Shown here one piece after another: positions 10,726 through 23,256 of a DNA stretch of 64,000 bases (its first letter is position 1; the number at the start of each line of letters is the position of its first letter). The stretch is from Azolla caroliniana (lineage: Eukaryota > Plantae > Polypodiophyta). Position numbers and translations under genes: made by a program. The stretch spans positions 15,004,001-15,068,000 of the forward strand of contig JBHGNT010000013.1 in the NCBI GenBank assembly GCA_043228905.1. Reading direction: 5' to 3'. The notes beneath the pieces are model-generated. The model saw nothing but the letters and a program-made list of their open reading frames with translations. It had not been told where the DNA came from and made no database searches.

Positions 10726-13700
10726 TGTTGGCATAAAAGGCCAACTCCTTCCACTTTGTATCCTAGTGTGAACTCGTCCATATAGTTAGGGCTTAGTATA
10801 TAAGCGATAACCTAACGTTGTAAAGTAGAGATCACTTGATCATCCTGTACATCGAGTCTCTAAGAGAGAGAGAGAGAGAGAGAACAAAAATAAAAAGACC
10901 TTCCATTAAAGAGAGCTTCATCTGTGTGTATCTATCATTTGTCTATATCTTCTTGCCTTCCCTCTATGTTGTTTGTTGAGCATAACCGATAGGTCCTCAC
11001 ATACATTTCCGCGCATATCTGTCTTTCAACTGGTATTAGAGCGATCCGCGACTCGATGGCAAAAAACAGCAAAAACAAAGGACTCAAAGAAAAGAAAAAG
11101 ACCAGGTTAACAAATCTCACTTTCAAAAGAATCATGGCGTCAACATCTTGTATAAGAGTTGAGTTCCGAAAATTCGACGACAAAAACATTGCCCTATGGA
11201 AGGAGATGATGCAGAATGTGTTGATTATTCGAAGACAGGTCGAGGCCATTCAACACTCCGAAAAGCCTGCTTCAATGTCAGCCGGTGAGTGGAGATCAAT
11301 GGACGAAATCGCACGCTCCACCATTCGAATGCACCTAGCCGAAAACCTCTACTTCAGCATGGCAAAAGAGACGACAACGTTCTCATTATGGGAGAAGCTA
11401 CAAGCCATGTACGAGAAAAAGTCCTCATCTTCAATACTGATCTTGATCAAACAATTGTTCAACATGAAGATGAGAGAGACCGATCCGACTACCTATCACA
11501 TCAACATCTTCAGTCGGGTGTTGTCAGGACTCTCCTCACAAGGGATCAACTTCGAAAAAGAAGTGAAAGCATTTGCCCTCTTATCGAGCTTGCCGGCGAG
11601 TTGGGAGGTATTCTACACGACATACGCCAATAGCCGACCCATCCTAAATCTGAATGAGACAATTGGCCAAGTCCTCACTGATGACATTCGATGAAAATCG
11701 ATGGGACTCACCATCGATGAATCGGCACAAGCCCATCACTCAACCTAGTCGTTCGTCCAACAGAGTCGAATGAGAGAACAAGCCAACAGAACCAGTCGGA
11801 ACACCAACCGATCGAAGACAAGGGGAGACCGACAATGGTCAAAGTCGAGAACAAGCCGATCAGGTGAATTCTGCACAAATTGCATAAAAGCTGGCCACAA
11901 TGTTTCTGTCTACTGGTCGATCAAGAGGAAAGAGAGTGGCAAACTTGTCCATATCTCTCAAGCCGGACTTGATCGACTGGTGGCGGTCGGCTACATCCCT
12001 AAAATCCAAGCAAAGACAGACTTCTACGAGTATTATCGATATGGGAAACAAACCCGAAGTCCACACACTCTCCACTACAAGATGGTATGAAAGCCCCTAG
12101 AGCTCGTGCACACAGATATATGTGGGCCCATGCCAGAATGATCACTAGGAGGCTCCCGGTACTTCATCACCTTTGTAGATGACTATACACGGAAGGTTTG
12201 GGCCTACTCAATCAAGTCCAAAGACGAAGCGCTCGAGATCTTTACTTGGTGGACATCTGAAGTGGAGAACCGCTCGGGACACCGAGTGAAGACACTCTGA
12301 TCCGACAACGGAGGCAAATAACCTCCAGAGCCTTCAAGCAGTACCTATCCAACAAAGGGATCCGGCACCAAAAGACCGTTCCTTACACACCCATGTAGAA
12401 TGGAGTGACAGAATGGATCAACCGAACGATCCAAGTGAGAGTGAAGACAATGCTCCAACAAGTTGGACTGAAGCTGGAGTTCTGGGCTGAAGCATTGTAA
12501 ACGACAGTATAGTTGGTAAATCTATCACCGTCGAAGGCAACCAAGCTTGAAGTGCCACATGCACTATGGTCAGGCAAATAGCCGACCTACGATAGGCTCC
12601 GTGTATTCGGATGCGAAGCCTACGCGTTCATCCCCAAGGAGAAAAGGACCAAGTTGGCACCCCATGCAATGATGCATATTTCTCGGTTATGGAACCGATG
12701 GGGATTTTGGCTACCGCCTATGGGACCCTGAGAACCGGAAGCTAATCCGGAGCAATGTTGTAGTCTTCAATGAAGACTCTATCTTCTCTCAACGGAACCA
12801 GCAGAAAATAGTTGGTAAAAAGGTATCCTTCGAAGTCGACAGAGATGTCGTAGAAAGACCATCGCACCCAGCCAAATCAGAGATTCGACAAACTATCAAA
12901 CTCGAACAAGCCAACAATATACATGCCAACTCCAAATCGGCAACAGGTCCAATAGTCGAACTCGAAGACAATGCCATCAAAGCCAAAGCCGATTCAACAA
13001 GAGTCGAACAAGGCAAAGTCAACGAGATGCGAGTAGGAAATAGAACCGAGTCGACAAAGTCCATAGGGGAGGACAACGTGGCACCACCGAAATCCCGACT
13101 TGGGGGCAGGTCACCTAACAAGACTCTTGACACAAATGGTTCAACACATACCGATTGACCAATAAAGCCGATCGAAGAATCCGAACCACTTGTCTTTGCA
13201 CCCAGAAGATCAGGACAAACTCAAAGGCCAACAAAGTTTTTTCAACCGGGCCTCGACTACGTCAACTACACCGATGCAGGCGAACCAAGCACTCATGAAG
13301 AAGCTATGGCTACAACGGACGCCGAAACATGGCTCCAAGCCATGAAATCCAAGATGACCACCCTCCGACTCTTACTAGGAGTTGTGGTGACAGAAGACCT
13401 CGAGCTAGAGAAGTTGGATGTAAAGACGGTATTTCTACACGGAGATCTAGAAGAAGACATCTACATGTCTCACGACGACGGGGGAGGAAAGTCACCTCGT
13501 ATGCCAACTGAAGAAAAGTCTCTATGGCTTGAAACAAGTGTCGAGGATGTGGTACCAAAAGTTCGACTCCTACATCAAGCAGCTTGGATATCGTCGATCC
13601 GACTCCAACCCATGTATGTATTTTTGGCAACTGACCGACGAGTCTAGGATTTATCTGATCCCATATGTCGACGACATGTTGGTTGCAAGAAGCAATCAAG

Positions 13701-15002
13701 CAGAGATTGGAAAGCTGAAGCGGAACCTTCACAACAAGTTCGCGATGAAGGAACTTGGACAAGCCCGTCACATACTGCGCATCAGAATCAAGCGAAATCG
13801 GACGACCAAGACTCTCCGACTCTCCCAATCCAACTATATCTGGAAGGTGGTGAGGCGCTTCAACATGCAGAATACGAAGCCAGCACCAACACCGCTTCCG
13901 ACGTCGATCCAACTATCGGATAGAGACTCTCCTTCAACGGACAAGGAGAGAGAGCTTAATGGAAAGATTCCCTACGCATTGGTTGTAGGAAGTATCATGT
14001 ACGCAATGGTGGCGACTTGACCCGACCTAGCCTATGTTGTAGGAGTGGTCAACCTATACATGTCAAACCTAGGACGGAAGCATTGGGAGGCTGTCAAGCA
14101 CATCTTCAAGTACCAGACAGGGACCAAAGATACACAGCTGACTTTTGGTTTGACAACCTCAGCTGAAGTTGAAGACTACATTGACTCTGACTATGCCAGA
14201 AATACGAACAATCGGAAGTCAACATCAGGCTATATTTTCACCTATGGTGACAATGCGATATCATGGAGGTCAAAGCTTCAAGAGTGCACGGCCTTGTCGA
14301 CCACAGAGGCCAAGTACATAGTACCATCAGAGGCAACGAAGGAAGCAATCTGGCTGCACTGACTATTTGCCAACATCTCATCTACAATACGAATCGAATG
14401 ACCAACGCCGACCATCTATTGCGACTCACAGAGTGCAATTCACCTCATTAACAATCCCGTCTATCATGCAAAGACGAAGCACATTGAGGTACGGTATTAT
14501 CACATCCGGGAGTTTATAACTTAGAAGAGGCTCGAAGTCTAGAAGATCGACACCGAGTTGAACATCGTTGATTGCCTGACAAAGCCACTCCCAAATCAAC
14601 GCTTCGGAGCACTAAGGACAAAGGTGGGACTACGACAAACGACTGAGCAGAAGAAAGCCGAATGAGGACCAAAAGGTAAGAGTCGACCGAATCAATCATG
14701 ATAATGAGCCATGCTAGGCTCGACACAGACCTCACCTATGCCAACTCGACTATATGTCGACCAACTTGTAACATAAATCTAGATTAGTGTTGTAATCTAG
14801 GTTTACGAGGGAGACAATCCCAAACACATCTACATGTTAGGAAAGAGAAGTCCTTTTACGGGGGAGTTTGTTGGCATAAAAGGCCGACTCCTTCCACTTT
14901 GTATCCTAGTGTGAACTCGTCCATATAGTTAGGGCTTAGTATATAAGCGATAACCTAACGTTGTAAAGCAGAGATCACATGATCATCTTGTACATCGAGT
15001 CT

Positions 15003-15046
<44 letters not shown>

Positions 15047-15185
15047 AAAAATAAAGAGAGCTTCCATTAAAGCTTCATCTGTCTGTATCTATCATTTGTC
15101 TATATATTTTTGCCTTCCCGCTGTGTTGTTTGTTGAGCATAACCAACAGGTCCTCACATACGTTTCCGCACATATCTGTCTTTCA
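10726..15185 (+). mobile_element. Decayed, internally deleted Ty1/copia LTR retrotransposon
   Basis: LTRs 10726-11028 and 14869-15185 (TG..CA, containing GA microsatellites). PBS TGGTATTAGAGC at 11031-11042; PPT GGGGGAG before 14869; TSD GTGGT/ATGGT (1 mismatch). Gag, integrase (LVHTDICGP), RT (YVDDML) and RNase H fragments carry many stops. Confidence 0.92.
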
Positions 15186-18060
15186 ATGGTGTGGCCAAAG
15201 GGAGAAAAGTGGGAAAAACAAGGATCCACTCATATCACAAAATATGTAAATAAGAAAACAAAATTATAATAAATAAGTGTGGATGGCCTAGTGATTAGAG
15301 TCATTGAGTGGGAATAAAGTGTATTAGAGTTTAAATTGAAGGAAAAACGCGGAATATTGCTTTGCCACAACTGAGTAATGAATCACTTCTATGAGAATGA
15401 AACAAAAAAATGGGAAATAGAGAGTGAACGCACGTACACACACAACAATAAAGAGTACATAGGATGTTTACGTGGAAAACCCTAAATGGCAAAAACCACG
15501 GGAGCCCACAGACTCCAACTATCACTGTGAAGAAAAAGGGTACAATCAGAAACTCAAAGGCAACGACCTCGAGCTCTGTATCTTCGCCAAGTGGCAGTTA
15601 CAACAGAGTATCGCTCTGTATCTCTCTCTCTATGCAACAGTTATACACAATATAGCCTCAATAGGCTTACTCAAAACATATTTACAAATATGTCTTCTCT
15701 TCCGATTCTCACCGGGTCCTCTTCATTCATAACTGGATCCCATCCAGAGGGACCGATTTCCCAACAATCTCCCCCTTCACTCCAGCATGGGATGTCTTGC
15801 CAGCCTGATCCGCTTTCGGCACACGTCTAGCTTGCCGGTTGTCAACACCTTGGTAACCATGTCCGACTGGTTCTCCTCCGTGTGGATCTTCGTCAACACG
15901 AACTCTTGATCTTCTACTCTCTCCCAAATCTAGTGGTACCTTCGTTGGATATGTTTCGTCCAGGAATGGTAGGTCGCGTTCTTTGCAAGGTAGATGGCAC
16001 TTTGATTGTCGCAGTAGAGCCGGTATTCCTCTTATTGGATTCCTAGCTCTTCGATGAAGCCCTTCATCCAGATTAACTCCTTGCCGGCTTCTACAGCTGC
16101 CATGTGCTCCGCCTCCATGGTTGACAACACAACCGTCTTCTACAGCCTCGACTGCCACGAAACAGCTCCCCTTGCATAAGTCCAAATGCCATGTGCTCCG
16201 CCTCCATGGTTGACAACAAAACCGTCTTTTGACATATCCGGATGTAGACCGGCTAATATCCGCATCAGCCGACATATCCAAATCTCTGAATCCGTCAAGT
16301 TGGGGATTACCGGAGCCAAACCGGAGGCACATACTCGTGCCTTTCAGATACTGGAGTATCCACTTGACCGCGTTCCAATGCTCTCTTCCGGGATTGCTCA
16401 TGAACCGGCTTACCACTCCGACTGCATATCCAATATCCGGTCGGGTACATACCATTGCATACATCAAGTTTCTGATGGTAGAGGCATATGGTATCTTCAT
16501 CATATCCGTCTTTTCCGCCTTTGTCCTCGAACTTTGTTTTCTGGATAGCTTGCAGTTTGCCAGAAGTGTCGATCCGACCGGCTTCGCCTCCGACATGTTG
16601 AACCGTTGAAGCACCTTTGTCATGTACTTCTCCTGTGACAACCACAACAGCTTCTTCGACCGGACTCGGATGATGTGCATTCCCAAGATCTGTCTTGCCA
16701 GACCCAAATCTTTCATTGAGAAGGTCCGGTTCAGAGCCTTCTTCAGCATCCAAATCTTGTCTTGGTCTCGTCCAACGATCAGCATATCATCCACATATAG
16801 GAGGAGTATCAGGAAATCTCCTCCGTCAAATTTCTTCACAAACACGCAGTGATCGGCCTGCGTCTTGTGGTACCCTTGGTCGGTCATGAAGGAGTCGAAC
16901 TTCCGGTACCATTGTCGGGGAGCTTGCTTCAATCCTTATAAGCTCTTCTTCGGCCGGCACACTAGGTGCTCCTTCCCTTTCTTCTCAAATCCTTCTGGTT
17001 GATGCATGTAGATCTCCTCTTCGAGGTCACCATGGAGGAACGTTGTCTTTACGTCTAGTTGCTCTACCTCAAGGTTCATGCTTGTCGCTATGCTTAGCAC
17101 CGTCTGGATGGAAGTCGTCTTAACTACCAGGGCCAAAATCTCATCGAAATCCACTCCTTTCTTCTGTTGGAACCCCTTCACCACGATCCGGGCTTTGTAT
17201 CAAGGTGGGTTTCCAGCATCTCCCAGTTTTAGCTTGTACACCCACTTGTTCTGAAGTGCCCTCTTTCCTTTCGGCAACTTCGTCAGTTCATACGTGTGGT
17301 TCTCATGTAGGGAATCCATCTCGTCCTGCATGGCACTCAACCATTTGCAGTTGTGGGTGTCTTTCTTTGCTTCTTCGAAACTTTCTAGCTCCCCCTCATC
17401 GGTTAGCGACACATGTTCTGCATCCGGAAATCTTCGGGGGGTGCTTCTCTCTCGGAAAGGGTATCTCTGTCCTTGGTTTCTGACTACCGGTTCCTCCGTT
17501 TGTTCCAAATCCAAATCCAATTCAGGATCTTGTCCGGTTCCGGTGTCTTCTTCTTCTTCTTCAGTCGATTCGTTTTCTTGTCGTATCCGGCCGGTTCGTT
17601 GAGTGTCCTCCGGTTGCTAGCCAACATCCGGTTTTCAACCGGGTAGGTCCTTGTGTCCTCAAACCAGTTTTCATTGGATGATCCGGAGTTCATCACCTTC
17701 TTCTCCGACTCCCAGTCGGCAATGGTCCTGTCTTCCATGAAGACTATGTCACGACTCCGGAACACCTTATTGTCGACCAGATCCCACACCCGGTAACCGA
17801 ACTCATCATCGTTGTATCCAAGGAATATGCATGGTCGGGACTTCAGATCTAACTTTGCTCTCTTGTCCTTCACCACATGCACATAAGCAAGGCATCTAAA
17901 TACCTTTAGATGCCGATAGGACACGTCCTTGCCGGTCCATACTCTTTGCGGTGTGTCTCTATCCAAGGGTGTTGAGAAGCAAGCTCAACATGGTATGCGA
18001 TGCTTATTGGGAAATAAGCTATAGTAGTTATTTAGCTACTTGTGAACATAAAGGAGAAAC

Positions 18061-18186
18061 AGCTAATTAGCTACTGACAGCTAATTAGCTACTGATAGCT
18101 ATTTAGCTACTGACAACTATTTAGCGACTGACAGCTATTTAGCGACTGATAGCTAATTAGCTACAGGCAACTAATTAGCTGCATAC
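18061..18186 (+). repeat. 18-bp tandem repeat (AGCTAWTTAGCKACTGAY) in the 5' LTR, 7 units
   Basis: Read directly; the core AGCTAATTAGCT is palindromic. Confidence 0.9.
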
Positions 18187-18635
18187 GTAAGTAACTTATT
18201 ACTTAGGTAGAAAGTAAGAGAGTAAGAAAATAGAGAAGAAGATATACAGGAAGTAGAACTCTGAGAGAGAGATAGTGAGTATAGAGAGAAAGAACTCAGA
18301 GAGTGAGAGCAAGAGAGAGAAACAAACGAGAGCAAGTAGAGCTCTGCGCATAATGAAATAGAAGAAGTTTTGGCTGCTACAGAGGTAAGTCTCCTTCCCC
18401 CTTCCCTTCTGTGTTTGAGCACTAAACGATCTAGCACACCACGATCCGCCGCACACATAAGAAGAGCTCGAGTGCCTTCTTCACGTTTTATTAACATGGT
18501 ATCAGAGCAGGGTTGCTCATAAAGAAGAGTACAAAAGTGCATAGATCTGAGAAAGGTATTTCTCTGTTTGCTGATCTGAATCAGAAAGTTACTTGTTGAA
18601 GTAATTGTAACAGAAAACCTAGTTTGGAAGAGATA

Positions 18636-21600
18636 ATGGCTGCAGAGAATGCGGGCCAAATAGTTACAGAGAAACTAGATAAAAACAATTTCCCGGTGTG
18701 GAAATTTAGAATGACAAATTTCCTAATGGGGAAAGGATACTGGGATTACATTGAAGGAGACCTAGAAGAGGCTCCGGAGATCCCAGAAGAAAATGCCACA
18801 GCAGCACAGATTAAAGCATTCAAAGATTGGAATCAAGGGGCAAGGAAGGTAATGCATTGGCTCTCACTTAGCATCTCAGATTCGATGCTTGGGCACATAC
18901 AGGATGCTATGCTCCCAAAAGAAGCTTGGGACAGTTTGGTAAAATTGTTTGCAGTAAACACAAAAGCTAGAAAGCTACAGTTGAAGACTGAGCTAAATAC
19001 CTTAGAAAAAGGTAAGATGTCAATAAATGAGTATGCCTTGAAAATAAAGAGCATATGTGAATCACTTGCTTTTATCAATGTAAAGATAGAAGATGATGAT
19101 AAGGTAGAAATATGCTTGAGAGGCTTGGGACCCCAATACAAAAGCTTTAAAACCTCTATGCTTACAAGGGATAGTATCCCAAGTTTCTCAGATCTGGTTT
19201 CAATGCTTGTAGTAGAAGAAAGGAATCAGATGGATGATGTAAATAAAGGAAATCTTGAGAATGAGGGGCAAGCCCTATATAATAGTGCCGGAAGAGGCCG
19301 AGGAAGAGGCCATGGAAGATTTGGCTCAGCAAGAACCAACAATAATGGTTATCAAGGAAGAGGACAACAAACCATTAGAGGAAGAAACAACAACAGAGGC
19401 AGGGGGAGCAACCAAGGTAGAGGTAAGCAAACATATGTAAATGATGATGGCTATTGGTATTGTGGAAAACCAGGCCACATACAAGCTGAATGTTACAAGA
19501 AGCAAAATGATGAGAAAAGAGGAAAGAGTCAGCAGAATAACTATGCCCAAACTAGTGAAGATTGTGAAAAAGATGGTGCATTTGTGGTACAACATGAGAT
19601 AGCAGCAGTGGCTGAAAGCTCACAGAAATGTAAGGAAGAGTTTACATGGTATGTAGACTCGGGGGCATCTAACCATATGACTGGACATGCAAACTGGTTT
19701 GAAAGGTTGAGAGAACCAGAGATTCTTGGCTATGTACAGACGGGTGATAATAGTACTCACCAAATAGAACATGTTGGAGATATTCCATTGTGGGAAGAAA
19801 AAGGAAAGACTAAGTATATGTTGAATGTAATGCATGTTCCAAATCTTGCTAAGAATCTGATTTCTGTTGGACAGATAGTAGAGCAAGGTATGCAAGTAAA
19901 GTTTAAGCAAAGTGGATGCTATATAGAAAAGAATGGGAAGCTCATTGCAAAAGGAAAACGACAAGGAAGAATGTTTATTTTGGATGTTGACATGCCTAGA
20001 CAGATTTCAGCTATGTTTGCAAATGGAATGAGTGTAGTCTCAGATGTGGAAATGTGGCATAAAAGGATTGGCCACATAAGTATGCAAACCCTAAAGAATA
20101 TGTTGAGAAAAGATGCAGTGGTTGGACTGCCAAAACTGAAAAATTGTGAAATGGGAAAGATATGTGAAGCATGTCAATATGGAAAGCAAAATAGGTTGCC
20201 ATTCCCTCATGAAAGACATGTAAGTAAAAATTTATTGGATTTGGTACATACGGATGTATGGGGACCAACTAAGAATGCATCTATCGGTGGCTGCAGATTT
20301 TATGTAACTTTTATTGATGATTGCTCAAGGAAAACATGGGTGTACTTCATGAAAGAGAAAAGTGAAGTGTTTGAATGTTTTCGTAAGTTTAAATGCATGG
20401 TAGAAAAGCAGGCAGGTACAAGAATAAAATGTTTAAGATCTGATGGAGGAGGAGAGTATTTCTCCAATGAATTTTCTGATTTTCTATGCAATCAGGGAAT
20501 AAGAAGACAGTTCACATGTAGATATACTCCACAGCAAAATGGAGTTGCTGAGAGGAAAAACAGAACATTGGTGAACATTGCAAGGGCTTTGATGACAGAG
20601 AAGAATATGCCATTGTACTATTGGGCAGAAGCTGTAAATACAGCAAATTATATTCTAAATAGATGTATAACATCGGGAGTACATGAAGCAACTCCTGAAG
20701 AGTGTTTCTATGGAAGGAAACCTAGTATAGAACACTTAAAAGTGTTTGGATGCCTTGCATATGTACATGTGCCTGCAGAAGTAAGAAGTAAGCTGGATCC
20801 AAAGGCAGAAAAATGTATTTTTGTTGGCTATTCAGAAGAACAAAAAGGGTATAGATGCTATAACCCTGTAACAAAGAAGATTGTGACAAGTAGGGATGTA
20901 ATCTTTGATGAGTTAGCCAGCTGGTATAGTCCAAAACAGAACCCAGAGACTGATGAAGACAATGAGATTGAAGACAAAGACAAATCTGAAAATGTAGAAG
21001 ACTGCCACAGAGATGGAAGCAAGGTTGGACGGCAAAGTCCAACATCAACAGAATGTTCTGGACCATCAAAAAGCTCAGATGGTAAATCTGATTCAAATTC
21101 TTGGAGTGGAAAAAGTGGAGGACACAAAAAATGTGATGATAAAAAAGGAAAACAGAAAATGCCAGAGTATGAAATGTTGGATGACTTGTCTAAAAACATG
21201 GAAGATGAGGATTCAGATGTGTCATTGGATGATCTTCTTGGTATAAGACGATTGAAAATCCCTGGTATGGAAAAAGCATTGAAGGATGCAAATCAGAAAC
21301 TGAGAAGATCAGATAGAGAGAAAAAAACTGTTGAAAGATTTGGTTATGATACATACATGGCTATGCATTATGCATACATGTCTAAGGTGGTACAAATCCC
21401 TGATCCAAGTAGTTTTGATGAGGCTAAAACTGAGAAGAAATGGGTGGACGCAATGCAAGAAGAGATTGATGCATTGGCTGAAAACAAAACATGGGATTTG
21501 GTGAAGTTACCAAAAGGAAAAAATGTGGTAGGTTGCAAATGGGTCTACAAGACAAAGCATGATTCCAGTGGGAATGTAAGTAGACATAAAGCAAGATTGG

Positions 21601-22985
21601 TTGCAAAGGGATATGCCCAAATGCAAGGAATTGATTATGATGAGACATTTGCACCGGTTGCAAAGATGGCAACATTGAGGACATTACTGGCTGTAGGTGC
21701 AGCCAGAAGATGGTTTCTTCATCATATGGATGTAAAAAATGCCTTTTTACATGGTAACTTGGAAGAAGAAGTGTATATGTGTCAACCACCAGGTTTTGAA
21801 GATAGGAAGCATCCAGATTATGTATGTAAGCTGAAAAAGGCTCTCTATGGACTGAAACAGGCACCAAGAACATGGCACAGAGAACTTTCAGATTATCTGA
21901 AAAAACTTGACTTCAAAATGTCAAAGGCTGATTCATCATTGTATGTTAAAAGGAAAGATGATTGTATGGTTGTGATTCTGATTTATGTTGATGATCTCAT
22001 CATTGGAGGTGATTTCATGGATGAGATAAGTAAGCTGAAAAGAAATTTGGAAATGAAATTTCATATGAAAGATTTGGGAGATCTGAGATATTTTTTGGGT
22101 ATTGAAATCATCAGATCTGAAAGTGGTATATGTGTGTTGCAAAGACAATATGCAACAACTATGTTGAAAAAGTATGGTATGCTTGGATGCAAACCTATTG
22201 GAGTACCACTAGATAAAAACTGCAAATTGAGGGCTGATTTGGGAGCCAAAATAGAAGATGTAAACATGTACATGTCTATGGTGGGCAGCCTTATTTATTT
22301 GACCATAACAAGACCTGATTTGAGCTATGCAGTTGGATTAGTCAGCCAATTTATGCAACAGCCAACAAAGCCGCATTTGGACTGCATTAGAAGAATTCTG
22401 AGGTATGTAAAAGCTACTCAGAACTATGGATTGTTTTACAGGGCTGATTTGGACATAAATCTGGAAGGATATACAGATGCTGATTGGGCTGGAAGCCAAA
22501 CAGATAGAAGATCCACAAGTGGATATATCTTTACATTGGGAAGTGCAGGTATTTCATGGAGTAGCAAGAAACAGGCTACTGTTGCATTGTCTAGTACTGA
22601 AGCTGAGTACAGAGGAGCTGCCATAGCCACTTGTGAAGAGGTATGGATTAGAAGATTGCTTGCTGATTTGGGAGAGTATATAGACGGTACTGTCACAATC
22701 TGGTGTGACAACATGAGCAGCATTCAACTTGCAAAGAACCCTGTGTTCCATGCAAGAACAAAGCACATTGAAGTGCATTATCACTTTGTTAGAGAAAAAG
22801 TGATTGAAGGAGAAGTTGATCTGGTGTATGTGAATACAAATCAGCAGGTTGATGATATTCTCACAAAGGGATTGAGTGTGGAAAAGCATAAACAGTTTCG
22901 GAACATGATGGGAGTTGTAGACATTGATATGATGGCTGAAAAGCATCATGAAAAAGAAGTTGTAGATAACCCCAAGAAAGGATAA
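18636..22985 (+). CDS. Copia Gag-Pol polyprotein (Gag, PR, INT, RT, RNase H), uninterrupted
   Basis: Single ORF of about 1449 aa from ATG 18636: WYVDSGASNH (PR), WHKRIGH..CEAC (GAG-pre-integrase), HTDVWGP/RSDGGGEY/NGVAER (INT), IYVDDLII (RT), YTDADWAG/SSTEAEY (RH). Confidence 0.96.
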   Translation: MAAENAGQIVTEKLDKNNFPVWKFRMTNFLMGKGYWDYIEGDLEEAPEIPEENATAAQIKAFKDWNQGARKVMHWLSLSISDSMLGHIQDAMLPKEAWDSLVKLFAVNTKARKLQLKTELNTLEKGKMSINEYALKIKSICESLAFINVKIEDDDKVEICLRGLGPQYKSFKTSMLTRDSIPSFSDLVSMLVVEERNQMDDVNKGNLENEGQALYNSAGRGRGRGHGRFGSARTNNNGYQGRGQQTIRGRNNNRGRGSNQGRGKQTYVNDDGYWYCGKPGHIQAECYKKQNDEKRGKSQQNNYAQTSEDCEKDGAFVVQHEIAAVAESSQKCKEEFTWYVDSGASNHMTGHANWFERLREPEILGYVQTGDNSTHQIEHVGDIPLWEEKGKTKYMLNVMHVPNLAKNLISVGQIVEQGMQVKFKQSGCYIEKNGKLIAKGKRQGRMFILDVDMPRQISAMFANGMSVVSDVEMWHKRIGHISMQTLKNMLRKDAVVGLPKLKNCEMGKICEACQYGKQNRLPFPHERHVSKNLLDLVHTDVWGPTKNASIGGCRFYVTFIDDCSRKTWVYFMKEKSEVFECFRKFKCMVEKQAGTRIKCLRSDGGGEYFSNEFSDFLCNQGIRRQFTCRYTPQQNGVAERKNRTLVNIARALMTEKNMPLYYWAEAVNTANYILNRCITSGVHEATPEECFYGRKPSIEHLKVFGCLAYVHVPAEVRSKLDPKAEKCIFVGYSEEQKGYRCYNPVTKKIVTSRDVIFDELASWYSPKQNPETDEDNEIEDKDKSENVEDCHRDGSKVGRQSPTSTECSGPSKSSDGKSDSNSWSGKSGGHKKCDDKKGKQKMPEYEMLDDLSKNMEDEDSDVSLDDLLGIRRLKIPGMEKALKDANQKLRRSDREKKTVERFGYDTYMAMHYAYMSKVVQIPDPSSFDEAKTEKKWVDAMQEEIDALAENKTWDLVKLPKGKNVVGCKWVYKTKHDSSGNVSRHKARLVAKGYAQMQGIDYDETFAPVAKMATLRTLLAVGAARRWFLHHMDVKNAFLHGNLEEEVYMCQPPGFEDRKHPDYVCKLKKALYGLKQAPRTWHRELSDYLKKLDFKMSKADSSLYVKRKDDCMVVILIYVDDLIIGGDFMDEISKLKRNLEMKFHMKDLGDLRYFLGIEIIRSESGICVLQRQYATTMLKKYGMLGCKPIGVPLDKNCKLRADLGAKIEDVNMYMSMVGSLIYLTITRPDLSYAVGLVSQFMQQPTKPHLDCIRRILRYVKATQNYGLFYRADLDINLEGYTDADWAGSQTDRRSTSGYIFTLGSAGISWSSKKQATVALSSTEAEYRGAAIATCEEVWIRRLLADLGEYIDGTVTIWCDNMSSIQLAKNPVFHARTKHIEVHYHFVREKVIEGEVDLVYVNTNQQVDDILTKGLSVEKHKQFRNMMGVVDIDMMAEKHHEKEVVDNPKKG

Positions 22986-23094
22986 GTTGAGCTTGAGGGG
23001 GAGTGTTGAGAAGCAAGCTCAACATGGTATGCGATGCTTATTGGGAAATAAGCTATAGTAGTTATTTAGCTACTTGTGAACATAAAGGAGAAAC

Positions 23095-23256
23095 AGCTAA
23101 TTAGCTACTGACAGCTAATTAGCTACTGATAGCTATTTAGCTACTGATAGCTATTTAGCTACTGACAGCTATTTAGCGACTGACAGCTATTTAGCTACTG
23201 ACAGCTATTTAGCGACTGATAGCTAATTAGCTACAGGCAACTAATTAGCTGCATAC
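23095..23256 (+). repeat. Same 18-bp tandem repeat in the 3' LTR, 9 units
   Basis: Read directly; it accounts for the 36-bp length difference between the LTRs (527 vs 563 bp). Confidence 0.9.

Noticed and set aside
18171-18659. Antisense ORFs in both LTRs (also 23241-23567)
   Set aside because: Low-complexity Ser/Leu-rich frames arising from GA-rich LTR sequence, duplicated only because the LTRs are.
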